A DNA stretch of 64,000 nt from Candidatus Krumholzibacteriia bacterium (GCA_963836185.1 CAWIIQ010000001.1:1184001-1248000), one strand, 5' to 3'. Positions 34,132-44,738 are shown, counted from the stretch's first letter. A program made the numbers and translations. The notes: generated by a model from the letters alone, not told the origin.

Positions 34132-34558
34132 TCCCCGTTCAGATACTGTAATCCCTTCTCTTATTCTGAGCTCGTCACAGGTCCCGGTCCCGGGACAGAT
34201 CTTCCATCATATGAAATCACTTACAGTTGCGGATATTTTACCAGATTCTGGATTAACCCCCCTTGTATACCCTTAACCGAAAGTAATATAAGTAAATAGC
34301 CCGGTATTCGTGGTGTCAGGCATCAAAATTTCTAGGGAAAAATCCCCATTTTTACCGCTTTTCGAGCCGGCATTTGATCGATTGAATGCATCCGGTCCAT
34401 ATTTCTTCCGGTTTATTCCGGCAGGGCGGTGGATCTTTGCATGTTCCGTAACATATTGTAAAACAAATAGTAACGCAGTGACATCCCAGTGGCGGCGCCA
34501 GGATCTCTTCTCATTTTTTGGCTATGGGAGGGGGGATGGAAGGGCCAGTCCTGATGCG

Positions 34559-34574
34559 GGGAACATCCGTTGCA
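34559..34574 (+). promoter_or_regulatory. Possible sigma-54 (-24/-12) promoter
   Basis: GGGAACATCCGTTGCA, with GG-N10-GC spacing, in a 470 bp intergenic region. Confidence 0.45.
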
Positions 34575-34603
34575 ATTCCTATATGTACGGATGATTACAG
34601 CCC

Positions 34604-35707
34604 TTGTGCGCAGGACTGTTTTGTGACGAGGAGAAACTGCTGAAAGATAAAGTAGTTATATACATTCTGCTGGCTCTTGCCGCCCCCTTGTTCGCCGCAC
34701 CGGCGGTGCTGTGTGCGGAGGATTTTACCCACCTCTATACCCTGGATAACGGCACATCAGTAACTGTCTATACGCCGGAAGTCATCCTTTCGAGCATGAC
34801 AGAGCGTGACCCGAGTGGAAATCTCGTCTTTTTCCCTGAAGGCGGGGGCAGCTATTTCCTGATAGAGGATGTTTTCAGCCCGCTTATCATGAACCATGGT
34901 GCCGGTGAGTTCTTCCCGATGAGTGAAGAGACAGTCATGCAGGCCCTTCGTGAGATCGATATCGATGGGCGCATGATCGATATGCACGTCGATATCTATA
35001 TTCTCCCGATGCCGAGACTGTATTACATGAACAGTACTTCGATTGGATGCAGGATATTTCTTTCACCGGGAGTATGGGAAGTGTCCGCATCGACGACCGC
35101 AAGTATCATCACTCACGAGTTTGGCCACTGTTTTCAGAAGGCTTACCTGCCCGATGTGGATGTTGAGGGATGGGAGACATATCTCGGGTTAAGGGGCATA
35201 CTGGATGATCCTGTCTACACCGAGAGTGCTATACATATGAACAGGCCCAGTGAGATATTCGCCGAGGATTTCAGAGTGCTTTTCGGCGGAGAACTTGCCG
35301 TCTATCCAGGCAGCATCGAGAATCCCTTTCTCGCTCAGCCTTCTGATGTGGTCGGGCTTGAGGAATTCATGGCTTCTCTTGCCGGCGAAGCTGTCGAGGC
35401 CGAGCTTCCGGCAGGCAGCGAGGTCATAGCGTCGGTCGGCAACTATCCCAACCCATTCAATCCCGTGACAACGATCAGGGCCGCCTTCAATGGACCGGTC
35501 ATCGGCAAAGATGTAAGTGTCAGGATCTATGCCGCCGACGGTTCACTCGTCAGGGATCTCTGGTCGGGCAGGGTCTCTCAGGAAACATTTGAGAAGACGT
35601 GGGATGGGATGAATGACTACGGAGCCAGGGCTGCGAGCGGGATCTACTTCTACCGAGTCACCGCAGGTCATGAATTTCGCACGGGGAAAATGCTTCTTGT
35701 ACGGTAG
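34604..35707 (+). CDS. Secreted zincin-like metallopeptidase with C-terminal FlgD-Ig domain (start uncertain)
   Basis: 'THEFGH' followed by 'EIFAEDF'. C-terminus 'NYPNPFNPVT...WDG...ASGIYFY...KMLLVR'. Confidence 0.78.
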   Translation: MCAGLFCDEEKLLKDKVVIYILLALAAPLFAAPAVLCAEDFTHLYTLDNGTSVTVYTPEVILSSMTERDPSGNLVFFPEGGGSYFLIEDVFSPLIMNHGAGEFFPMSEETVMQALREIDIDGRMIDMHVDIYILPMPRLYYMNSTSIGCRIFLSPGVWEVSASTTASIITHEFGHCFQKAYLPDVDVEGWETYLGLRGILDDPVYTESAIHMNRPSEIFAEDFRVLFGGELAVYPGSIENPFLAQPSDVVGLEEFMASLAGEAVEAELPAGSEVIASVGNYPNPFNPVTTIRAAFNGPVIGKDVSVRIYAADGSLVRDLWSGRVSQETFEKTWDGMNDYGARAASGIYFYRVTAGHEFRTGKMLLVR

Positions 35708-35733
35708 TACGTCTCTCTTTTGAGAAAAAGTAA

Positions 35734-37282
35734 TTATGGGTGACCCGGCCATGGAGTTACGAGACTCAGTAGCCGGGTCTTCCCTTTTGACCGACGTTTC
35801 CAATCTGTCGGTAGTTTTGCCTTATTAATTGGTTCCCCTCGGTACTGCCCGGAACATCGGCGTTGCACCTCATAACGATACTGTCCTCTTTGTTCTTTGA
35901 CGCGATCCTCAGGTTTCTTTTTATCAGTATTCTTCTTGTTCATACGATCCAGATAAAACTGTTCCATTGGGTCCGTGAGATATTGTTCCGCAGCTTCCTT
36001 GACATACTGCTCCATGTGCTTCTTTCCGTAGGCCCTCTCGGCCTCGAGCCGGTTGTGCTTCCCGCACAGCAGCCTGAGATTCTCCGGTGAGTCGTCCCCG
36101 CCCCTGGCAAAGGGGACCTTGTGGTCTATCTGCAGGTCCCAGGTAGACCCGCATCTCCTGCCACCGGGGGAGACAAAGGAACATCGCCCCTTGTCCCTGG
36201 CATAGACCTCGTCGCGGACCTTCCGGGGGATATGACGGGAGATACCTTTCTCGCGCGAGCCGCCTGCGGCAGTACCAGGGTCTATCTTCTGCTGCTATTC
36301 GATCTCCCGCTGCATTGCCGCTCCTGCCGTACTCTTCGATTTCCTTCTCGGCCCTCTTCTCCCTCTTCTCTTTTCTCCTGATCCTCCCCTCAGGGCTTTG
36401 TCTTTCGATGTACTCGTCCATCAGAAGAGAGAAGAGCTCGCCGAGCTCAAGATGCCTGTGATACTTCGAGGAGAGAAGAGAACGGACCCTCTCGACCTTT
36501 CGCATGAAGTCCGGATCCGCTCCGAACGTGACCTTCAACCTCTCCTCGAAAACCACTGTCTGCGCGGCGAAGGGCCTGCTGCCAGTATCAGGGCTGGCTG
36601 CCGGCCCTTCGCCGCTGCCAGTCTCGCTCCCCTTCGAAGTGGCAGGATTTTTACCGCCACCGGTGGCGGTGGAGAATTTACCACCCCCGTCTAATGTGTT
36701 GTCTCCGTACCTGTTGCCATCGTTCGTCTTGTCTCCGTCACTCTTGCAATCGCCATCTCTGACCTCGAGCAGAGTTTTTACATATACCGGGGTGACCCTG
36801 TCTCGGATAGCGCTCTTCGGCCTGCGGCTGCTGACAAGAAGCTCGACCTCTCTCTTCGAGGCTCCCTCTATCCGGCAAAGAAGATCAGAGACATTCTCCG
36901 GTGTCATGATCCTGGTGATCATCGCGAGGTTGGTCATGCTGACCTTCCCGCAGGAGAGCGAGCGGTAGACAGCCGGGTAGTCCCTGATGCACCTGGCGAT
37001 ACTTATCCTCCTGGCCGCGGTGGACTCGGAGTACCCGAGACGCTCTGTGCAGAACTCATAGAGAGAGCTGAAGCCGAGAGGAAGATAGAGCTTTCTTCTG
37101 TCTATCTCGATCAGGTGCACGAGGATAGAAAGCACTGTCTTTCTCTCAGTCTCAGAGAGCTTGCGTATCCCGGATAGAAGGGCCCTGTTTGAGACAGACT
37201 TCAGGGCTTTTGCTCCAGGGATGGTCTTTGTGGATCTACTGCTGGAACAAATCGAGCTCTTCGTCGTCCTCATCATCGTCAC
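35734..37282 (-). CDS. HNH endonuclease with long DUF222-like N-terminus (frameshift near 36280)
   Basis: N-terminus 'HLIEIDRRKLY..LGFSSLYEFCTERLGYSE..A.RRI..AR'. The alternate frame reads 'SRHIPRKVRDEVYARDKGRC...C...LQIDHKVPFARGG...ENLRLLCGKHN' and joins ORF 35734..36015. Confidence 0.85.
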
Positions 37283-37711
37283 CTCCGGGTGAGATCAGGT
37301 TATTTATCTCTGCCCCGCTCATTTAACCCTCCTCCATCGGGGACATTATAACACGGACTTCTGGCGGCAAAACAGATGGCCCGTGGAGCCACGCCGGGGG
37401 CCGGGATAAGCCGGATGCCGGAATCTTCGAGAGAGGCGAAGAGAGGGGCCCTGAGGGCCGCCTGGCGGCGTAATCTACGGCGGGCACGCAGGTTGGAGAA
37501 TCGGGCCCGAAAAAGCCGTCAAGGATTATTTTTGGGTTTTGGGGGATATTATTGATTGTTTTGAGGATTACTTTGGGGTTTTCCGACGACTATTCTGGAG
37601 TTATCTGGAGTGCTTTTGGGGTTTCGGGATTGCTTTGGGATCTTCGCGGGATATTTCGAGGAGGAGCAGGTTTGAATCCGGGAAGATAAGGATGGATTCA
37701 GTGAACCGGTG

Positions 37712-38755
37712 TTATTTTCCGTATTCTTCACGTGAAGCTCTGAGCTGGCCGCATGCCGCGCCGATATCTCCACCCTGGCTTCTTCTGACTGTCACAGCAG
37801 GTGCTGTCGGCAGAAGTATTTCGATAAACTTGTCGATTCTCTCCTCGCTCGGTCGTTTCAGTCCGCAGCCCTTCCATTCATTGAACGGGATTATATTGAT
37901 CTTGAAAGGCCTGCCTGAGGTCATCGAGGCGAGTCGGCGCGCATCTTCAGGGGAGTCGTTCTCATCTGCGATAAGGACGTATTCCAGGGTAGTCCTCATC
38001 TTTCTTCCGACTGCGTAATCCTCAGATGCGGCAAGCGTTTCTTCGATATCCGCGGCCGCGGGCATCAGACGCTTTCTTGTTTCATTATCGACAGCGTTGA
38101 GTGAGACAGCAAGCCCCGCTCTGAGTCCACTTGCCTCCAGCTCCCTGATCCGCTCAGGGAATCCGATCGTACTTACGGTGATCCTCTTCTCACGCAGGGC
38201 GAATCCATCCTCATGGTTCAGGATCTCCAGCGCGGGAAATACATTTGCCGTGTTCAGAAGCGGATCGCCCATTCCCATAAATACTATATTGAACCTTCTC
38301 CGGGGAGGGATGTGGTTCAGCCTGAAGTAGAGTATCTGGTCAAGTATCTCTCCGGTATTGAGGTCTCTTTCCAGTCCTCCGACACCAGTCCTGCAGAAAG
38401 AGCATGCAAGGGGACAGCCGACCTGGCTGGAGACACATAATGTGAAGATCCCGCGAGCTTCCATCAGTACAACCTCGACGACGGCGCCGTCCTCACATTC
38501 GAGCAGAAATTTCTGGCTTCCATCTGAATCGGAGGATACACTTCCCGCCACACGCAGTTCCGGAATACGGAAGTGTCCGTTGAGCCTGGTGCGCAGGTCG
38601 AGGGAAAGGCTGGTCATCTCGTCAAACGAGGCGGCGCCCTTCTGCCAGATCCATTGCATGATCTGCCTTGTCCTGTGTCTCTGCTCGCCCATCTCCGTAA
38701 TTGCTTCCGCAAGCTGTGAGGGCGACAGATTCTTTATGTTGATCCTGTCGGTCAT
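37712..38755 (-). CDS. rlmN: Dual-specificity RNA methyltransferase RlmN (radical SAM)
   Basis: 'CVSSQVGCPLACSFC', 'FMGMGDP', 'DIGAACGQL'. Confidence 0.95.
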   Translation of the reverse strand: MTDRINIKNLSPSQLAEAITEMGEQRHRTRQIMQWIWQKGAASFDEMTSLSLDLRTRLNGHFRIPELRVAGSVSSDSDGSQKFLLECEDGAVVEVVLMEARGIFTLCVSSQVGCPLACSFCRTGVGGLERDLNTGEILDQILYFRLNHIPPRRRFNIVFMGMGDPLLNTANVFPALEILNHEDGFALREKRITVSTIGFPERIRELEASGLRAGLAVSLNAVDNETRKRLMPAAADIEETLAASEDYAVGRKMRTTLEYVLIADENDSPEDARRLASMTSGRPFKINIIPFNEWKGCGLKRPSEERIDKFIEILLPTAPAVTVRRSQGGDIGAACGQLRASREEYGK

Positions 38756-38814
38756 TTTTCCTCCCGGATGTGATGATAGTGAATCCGACCGTGAAGCCGA
38801 AAGGGAAAAAGGAG

Positions 38815-39765
38815 ATGAGGTGCTGCATCGATCTAGGAAGCAGCTACTTCAGGAAGCTCGCTGTTGATGTCGAGAATGGCCCCGATGGGCCGAGTTTCAG
38901 GAATCCTGTTCAGGAGAGAGTATATATCGGCTGGGGTGAGGAGGTCGAACACAACGGGACTATCTCTAAGGAGACCGCAGAGAGTGCCGCTGAGATTCTC
39001 AGGAGACTCACAGGGGATATGACAGGGCGCGCAGGCGTTCATCTGACGGTTGTAGCGACGAATGCGCTTCGTGTCGCGTCAAACCGCGATGAGGTCAGGG
39101 AGTATCTCGAGGATATCGCTGGAGTGGAAATTAATATCCTTTCGGAAAGAGGAGAAGCCCTTCTCGGATTTGCTGGAGCGACATCAGAACTGACTAATGG
39201 TACTCCAGTCATCCTGGTCGATCTGGGAGGAACAAGCACCGAACTCTCATGGGGTTCAGCGCCCGCCGGTTCTGCATTTGTATCTTTGCCGCTGGGAACG
39301 CATTCATATCTTGATCCCGGGGCAGTATCCGAACTGATCGCTGATATCTTCCCGGCATCGGGGATCCCTGTCGGGGATTCACGCTTGCCGGGCTCGAGAG
39401 AAAGTCATACAATCATGGTCACCGGCGGGACCGCTGTCAGCCTTGCGGTCGCCTGGAAACAGATGATCGGCGAAAAATATGATGATGCCGTGTCGATCGG
39501 GATCTCCGCCGACGAGTTCGAGAGGCTCTATGAATGGATCGACGCCTTTTATCTTTCAGGGGCTGAGCAGGAGCTTGCTCTGCCGCTCGAAAGGATAAAG
39601 CTGTTCCTGCCGGGTATGAAGATGCTCAAAGAGTTTTTCAGGGCTCTTCAGGCGGATGGAATGACGATAACCGCCCGCGACCTCAGATGGGGCGTCGTGT
39701 TGGGCGATGGAATAACAGAATGGGGGTACCTTGCCGATGAGCAAGAGAGTCCTGATAGTCGATGA
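38815..39765 (+). CDS. ppx: Ppx/GppA family phosphatase, short form
   Basis: 'IDLGSS', 'VATNALRVASN', 'EALLGF.G', 'DLGGTSTE'. Confidence 0.8.
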   Translation: MRCCIDLGSSYFRKLAVDVENGPDGPSFRNPVQERVYIGWGEEVEHNGTISKETAESAAEILRRLTGDMTGRAGVHLTVVATNALRVASNRDEVREYLEDIAGVEINILSERGEALLGFAGATSELTNGTPVILVDLGGTSTELSWGSAPAGSAFVSLPLGTHSYLDPGAVSELIADIFPASGIPVGDSRLPGSRESHTIMVTGGTAVSLAVAWKQMIGEKYDDAVSIGISADEFERLYEWIDAFYLSGAEQELALPLERIKLFLPGMKMLKEFFRALQADGMTITARDLRWGVVLGDGITEWGYLADEQESPDSR

Positions 39766-41113
39766 CGAAGCAAGCATACGGAGCTCACTTGAGAAGCTTC
39801 TTTCCTACGAGAAATATACAACTCTATCCGCGCCCGACGGTCCATCCGCATTGGAGGTAGTGGCCGACAAGAGGATCGACATCGTCCTGCTGGATATCAA
39901 GATGCCGGGTATGGATGGGCTCGAAGTCCTTCAGAAGCTCAAAGAGATGAAAGAAGAATTGCCGGTAATAATCATATCCGGGCACGGAAACATATCCACG
40001 GCTGTCGAGGCTACCAAGCTCGGCGCATTCGATTTTATAGAAAAACCGATAGATCTGGACAGACTCCTGCTTACCGTAAGGAACGGCCTGAAGCAGGGAA
40101 CGTTGAGTCAGCAGAACATCGAACTCCGCGAGAGGATACCGGGCGGCACGGAGATCGTCGGCGAGCATCCATCTATAAAGGAGATACTCGAGACGATAAA
40201 CCGTGTGGCACCGACCAGTGCGAGGGTCCTCGTTATGGGAGAGAACGGAACGGGCAAGGAGCTCGTCGCGAGAAAGCTTCACGAACTCAGCACCAGGAAT
40301 ACCGAACCGTTCATCGAAGTGAATTGCGCTGCTATTCCGGAAGAGCTGATAGAAAGCGAACTCTTCGGCCATGAAAAGGGATCGTTCACCGGCGCTGTCT
40401 CGAAGAGGATCGGAAAGTTCGAACTTGCCGATGGCGGATCGCTTTTCCTCGATGAGGTCGGGGACATGAGCCTGTCCGCCCAGGCGAAGGTCCTTCGCGT
40501 CCTGCAGGAATCCGTGTTCGAGAGGGTAGGAGGGACCGAGACGAAGAAGGTGGATGTCCGTGTAATCGCAGCATCGAACAAGAATCTGCTGGAGGAAGCG
40601 GGCAAGGGGAACTTCAGGGAGGACCTGTTCTATCGGCTCAATGTCGTACCGGTTGAGATGCCCCCTCTGCGGGACCGAAGGTCCGACATCCCGATGCTGG
40701 TATCGCATTTCCTCGATCAGGTCGCAGTCGAACTCGGTGCCGCCGCGAAGAAGGTCGACAAGAAGGCGCTCGAGATGATGGTCGAATACTCCTGGCCGGG
40801 AAATGTCAGGGAGTTGAGGAACCTGATCGAGAGACTCTGCATCCTGACTCTCTCCGATACTATTACCAGGGAAGACATGCCTTCGCTCGTCCTCACCAGG
40901 GAAGAAGATATGATGAAGGATCCGTTCGGCCTGCAGACTTACCAGGAGTTCAGGGACTTTACGGAGAGAGAATTTCTCGTTAAGAAGCTGCGCGAAAATA
41001 ACGGGAATGTTTCGAAGACAGCGCGTCAACTCGGGATGCAGCGCAGTAATCTGTATAAGAAGCTTGAGAAGTACAGCATCGATCTTAGAAGTGATAAAGA
41101 CGAAGAAAATTGA
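39737..41113 (+). CDS. Sigma-54-dependent response regulator (REC-AAA+-Fis HTH), NtrC/NtrX family
   Basis: REC 'LIVDDE...LLDIKMP', 'GENGTGKE', 'ESELFGHEKGSFTGA', 'FLDEVG', 'WPGNVREL', HTH 'GNVSKTARQLG'. Confidence 0.95.
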   Translation: MSKRVLIVDDEASIRSSLEKLLSYEKYTTLSAPDGPSALEVVADKRIDIVLLDIKMPGMDGLEVLQKLKEMKEELPVIIISGHGNISTAVEATKLGAFDFIEKPIDLDRLLLTVRNGLKQGTLSQQNIELRERIPGGTEIVGEHPSIKEILETINRVAPTSARVLVMGENGTGKELVARKLHELSTRNTEPFIEVNCAAIPEELIESELFGHEKGSFTGAVSKRIGKFELADGGSLFLDEVGDMSLSAQAKVLRVLQESVFERVGGTETKKVDVRVIAASNKNLLEEAGKGNFREDLFYRLNVVPVEMPPLRDRRSDIPMLVSHFLDQVAVELGAAAKKVDKKALEMMVEYSWPGNVRELRNLIERLCILTLSDTITREDMPSLVLTREEDMMKDPFGLQTYQEFRDFTEREFLVKKLRENNGNVSKTARQLGMQRSNLYKKLEKYSIDLRSDKDEEN

Positions 41114-41221
41114 CAACCCGTAATATTTAAAATATATCTTACGTGCTGTGCTGCATATGTTGTAAAAAATCTGACAAAGCGGCTAACCTCTGTTTTTTCA
41201 TAGATTTTTATCACGAAAAAT

Positions 41222-41250
41222 TTGACAGCGGCCCTTGCGGAACATATTTT
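41222..41250 (+). promoter_or_regulatory. Sigma-70-type promoter upstream of the small secreted protein gene
   Basis: TTGACA-N17-TATTTT in an AT-rich intergenic region. Confidence 0.5.
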
Positions 41251-41318
41251 TATTCTGTGGGTGTTTAGGGTGTGACGGGTCTTTTTGGGACAGGTCAGTT
41301 CCAGGAGGAGATAAGGTC

Positions 41319-41627
41319 ATGAAGAGAACGGCTCTTCTTATTGCCATTCTGATCGCGTTCTCTCTCACTGCAGTATCGCAGGTCTACGCCTCACCGATAG
41401 CTGGTGAAAAGGCGGTGACCGTTTCCAGCTGGCTCTCATACTATATTGCCAACTTCCTGAGAGCGCATCGCGTTACCGTCGGATATGAAGACGGGCTCAT
41501 CAGCGATGCAGGAGAAAATGAGATACTGCGTGGAGACGCGGATGATTACGCGAATGGTAAAGGGGATATAAAGGATCTCGATCCCATTATTCCCAACGAC
41601 GACAAGAAGATTACGGAACAGGATTAA
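41319..41627 (+). CDS. Small secreted protein or propeptide (102 aa)
   Basis: Strong AGGAGG RBS, Sec signal peptide MKRTALLIAILIAFSLTAVSQVYA, acidic low-complexity C-terminal half. Confidence 0.8.
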   Translation: MKRTALLIAILIAFSLTAVSQVYASPIAGEKAVTVSSWLSYYIANFLRAHRVTVGYEDGLISDAGENEILRGDADDYANGKGDIKDLDPIIPNDDKKITEQD

Positions 41628-41690
41628 TTACTAGCGGTCTACTTACGGGCTCTACCGGTAATTCGCCAATTGCCACTTAAGGAGAAACCG

Positions 41691-44600
41691 ATGCCTGACG
41701 GCCCGCAAGGTAAAGAGAATTTCGAGTACGAAAAACACCAGCCGAGGCATAAGTTCAAGTCTACCGGCACCGAGGAAGAACTCGGCGACATGCATCTGTC
41801 GACCGAGAATTACTCGGTTGCGCTGGAATACTATGACAAGGCCCTCCAGAAGGTCCAGACCGCCGGCGGCGGTCCGAGCGACCTCGTAAGAGTCTACAGG
41901 AAAATCAGCGACTGCTATCGAAAGAAGGGATTGCTGCGCGAGGCCATGTCGTTCCTCGACAGCGCCGCGACTCATTGTGATGAAGAGGACCTGATCGGCA
42001 AGGGTGCTATCGCGTGCCGCCGCGGGATCATCCTCTACGAGCGAGGCGACATCAAGCACGGGCTCAGAGAGGCCTGCTCGGCTTACAGGATCCTGCGCAC
42101 GAGCGATGAGCACAGGGAAGTCGCTCACACGCAGCTTCTTGTCGCGAACTGCTATGCCAGGCTGGGGCGCAGCGACGAGGCTGAACAGTATTTCCTCGAT
42201 GCTCTTTCCTCTTACAGGCGTATCGGCGACACGGTCGGTGAGTCATATGTATTGAACAACCTGGGACTGTTTCACAAGAATGCATGTCGCTGGGGCAGAG
42301 CTCTCCAGTTCCTCGGCAGAGCCCTCGAGATCTGCGACGAAGTCGGTCTGACCCAGCACAGGGTCAGGGTCACGCTTAACATGGGCATCGTTCACCTTAA
42401 GAAACGTGACTTCGCGGGAGCGGAGAGCGCTTTTGTCGCGGCCAGGGATATGGCCAGGCGGATCGGCGATGACCTCAAGTATACCAAGTCCACCTTGATG
42501 CTCGGTGTAAAGGAGACAAGAGCGGGGAATCTGCTGGCCGCCGAGAAACACCTGCTCGAGGCACGGGTCACTGCGGAGCGGAGAAATTACCAGCGGGAGA
42601 CCGCTCTCGCCGACGAGTTCATCGGAGACCTGATGCTGGCGAAGGGCGATCTCGAGGATGCCCTCGAAAACTACACCATCGCGCTCAAGTCCGCCTCGAG
42701 ACTCAACCCGCAGGGTGACATTGTCGCTGAGGTTCAGCGCCGGATGATGAATGTCTACCTCGTTCAGAGAAAAGCCGAGGAGGCGCTCTCCATCGGCCGC
42801 CGTGCCATCGAATCGTGCCGCCGCAGCGGAGAGATGCACGAAATAGGATACGTTGAGAGAATGATCGGTCAGGCTCTTGCCATACAGAAGAAAGAGACCG
42901 AGGCCGAAAAACAGATAAACATGAGTATCAGGACCTTCCTGTCGGTCAACAATCCGTACGAAGCTCATAAGTCGGGAGTGATCCTGGGCGAGCAGCTGTT
43001 CCGCAGGGGAGACAGAAGGTCGGCGGTGATGGCGAGGAAACTCGTCAGCGAGACTGTCACGTTCTTTGAAAGGAACGAGGAGTACGCTGATCTGGCGGGA
43101 AGCCATTTCCTCCTCGCGAGGATCGAGGATATCCTCGGCAACAGGGATGAATGCCTGCTGCATCTCTTTGACGCGCAGCGGCTCGCGGAAGAGCTTCACG
43201 ACCGCAACCTGAACAGGCGCCTGCGCAGGATGCGCAGGAAGATAGAGGACGCTGCCGCCGGACCTCACGGGGCGCCGGGCAGGGACTCCTGCCAGTCCGG
43301 TGTGCTGAACGGTACGTTCATGCATGATCCGCAGCTGAAGTCCTATCTGGACTATATTCTCAGCGACCTGATGAGAAATCTCTCGGCAGGTCACGGGTTC
43401 GTCGCGCTGACCGATGGCAAGGGCAGTGAGCCGGTAGTGCTAGCCCGCCGCGGGATCGGGGACCAGGAGACGAAAGCTATCACCGAGTGGTTCCTCACTG
43501 GTGACGACGCCGACACTACCGAGAAATTCCTCGTTACTGATACGATGAACGATCGGCGTGTCAGGGAGATATTCGGACAGCTCCCGGGTGGCGATTCTCC
43601 CGCCTATTTCCATCCTCTCAGCAAGGGAGGCAGGAACTTCGGGCTTCTGTTCTTCCAGTCCGAAGGGAATGAGGGAGCTCCGACCGTCGGATCGATATTC
43701 GAGATAGTGTCGACATACGCCGGATTCATCGATTTCCTCATCAGCGGATCGATCATGGGCGCGCCGCCAGTGCCGGGTGCTGCTGCCGCGAAGAAAGGTA
43801 TCGATGGATTCATAACGAACGACGAGAAGATGCTCAGGATCCTCGATCTGGCGGGCAAGGTCGCGGTGAGCGATTCCACTGTGCTGTTGATGGGTGAGAC
43901 CGGAACCGGCAAGGGCCTTGTAGCCCAGGCGATCCACGATATGAGCAGAAGGCGTAATAAGAAGTATATACATGTGAACTGCGCCGCGCTCCCCGAGATG
44001 ATCCTGGAGAGCGAGCTTTTCGGTCACGTCAAGGGCTCCTTCACCGGAGCGGTGTCTGACAAGAAAGGTCTTCTCGAGGAGGCCGACGGCGGCACGATAT
44101 TCCTCGACGAGATCGGGAAGGCTCCTCTTCCGATACAGGGTAAGCTCCTTCAGTTCCTCGACACGAGAAAGGTGAGACCGGTCGGCAGTAACGAGATGCT
44201 TGCAGTCGACGTCAGGTTGATCTTCGCTTCCAAGGTGGATCTGCTTCAGCTCTGTAGCGAGGGAAAGATGCTCGAGGATTTCTATTACAGGATCAATGAT
44301 TTCCCGTTGACTATCCCGCCGCTGCGTGAACGCAGAGGGGACATTCCTCTCCTGGCGGATTATTATCTGCGCAGCAGTTGCTCCGCAATGGACCGTAAGA
44401 TCATCGGGTTCAGTGATGACGCTGTGGAATTTCTGATGAACTGCGAATGGCCGGGAAACGTCAGGGAACTCAGCAAGATAATCAAGCGTGCTGTCATCCT
44501 GGCCGAGGATAATGGCGTGATAACGCCTCAGCAGCTTGCGTTCGATTTTGCCGGGAAGCCGGAAGAGACGATCAACGACTCAGTGACCTTGCCCGACATG

Positions 44601-44738
44601 GTCAGGGAACTCGAGAGAAAGATAGTCTCGGAAGCACTCGGCGGGAATGAATGGAACAGGAAGGCCGCTGCCGCAGAACTGGGCATCAGCTATCCCACTC
44701 TTCTCAAGAAGATCCGCGATTACGGGATCATCCAGTAG
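41691..44738 (+). CDS. TPR-repeat / GAF-like / sigma-54 activator AAA+ / Fis-HTH enhancer-binding protein
   Basis: AAGGAG RBS, about 480 aa of TPR-like helices ('LGDMH...ALEYYDKAL', 'LNNLGLFH', 'LNMGIVH'), 'GETGTGK', 'ESELFGHVKGSFTGA', 'FLDEIG', 'WPGNVREL', HTH 'WNRKAAAAELGISYPTL'. Confidence 0.93.
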   Translation: MPDGPQGKENFEYEKHQPRHKFKSTGTEEELGDMHLSTENYSVALEYYDKALQKVQTAGGGPSDLVRVYRKISDCYRKKGLLREAMSFLDSAATHCDEEDLIGKGAIACRRGIILYERGDIKHGLREACSAYRILRTSDEHREVAHTQLLVANCYARLGRSDEAEQYFLDALSSYRRIGDTVGESYVLNNLGLFHKNACRWGRALQFLGRALEICDEVGLTQHRVRVTLNMGIVHLKKRDFAGAESAFVAARDMARRIGDDLKYTKSTLMLGVKETRAGNLLAAEKHLLEARVTAERRNYQRETALADEFIGDLMLAKGDLEDALENYTIALKSASRLNPQGDIVAEVQRRMMNVYLVQRKAEEALSIGRRAIESCRRSGEMHEIGYVERMIGQALAIQKKETEAEKQINMSIRTFLSVNNPYEAHKSGVILGEQLFRRGDRRSAVMARKLVSETVTFFERNEEYADLAGSHFLLARIEDILGNRDECLLHLFDAQRLAEELHDRNLNRRLRRMRRKIEDAAAGPHGAPGRDSCQSGVLNGTFMHDPQLKSYLDYILSDLMRNLSAGHGFVALTDGKGSEPVVLARRGIGDQETKAITEWFLTGDDADTTEKFLVTDTMNDRRVREIFGQLPGGDSPAYFHPLSKGGRNFGLLFFQSEGNEGAPTVGSIFEIVSTYAGFIDFLISGSIMGAPPVPGAAAAKKGIDGFITNDEKMLRILDLAGKVAVSDSTVLLMGETGTGKGLVAQAIHDMSRRRNKKYIHVNCAALPEMILESELFGHVKGSFTGAVSDKKGLLEEADGGTIFLDEIGKAPLPIQGKLLQFLDTRKVRPVGSNEMLAVDVRLIFASKVDLLQLCSEGKMLEDFYYRINDFPLTIPPLRERRGDIPLLADYYLRSSCSAMDRKIIGFSDDAVEFLMNCEWPGNVRELSKIIKRAVILAEDNGVITPQQLAFDFAGKPEETINDSVTLPDMVRELERKIVSEALGGNEWNRKAAAAELGISYPTLLKKIRDYGIIQ

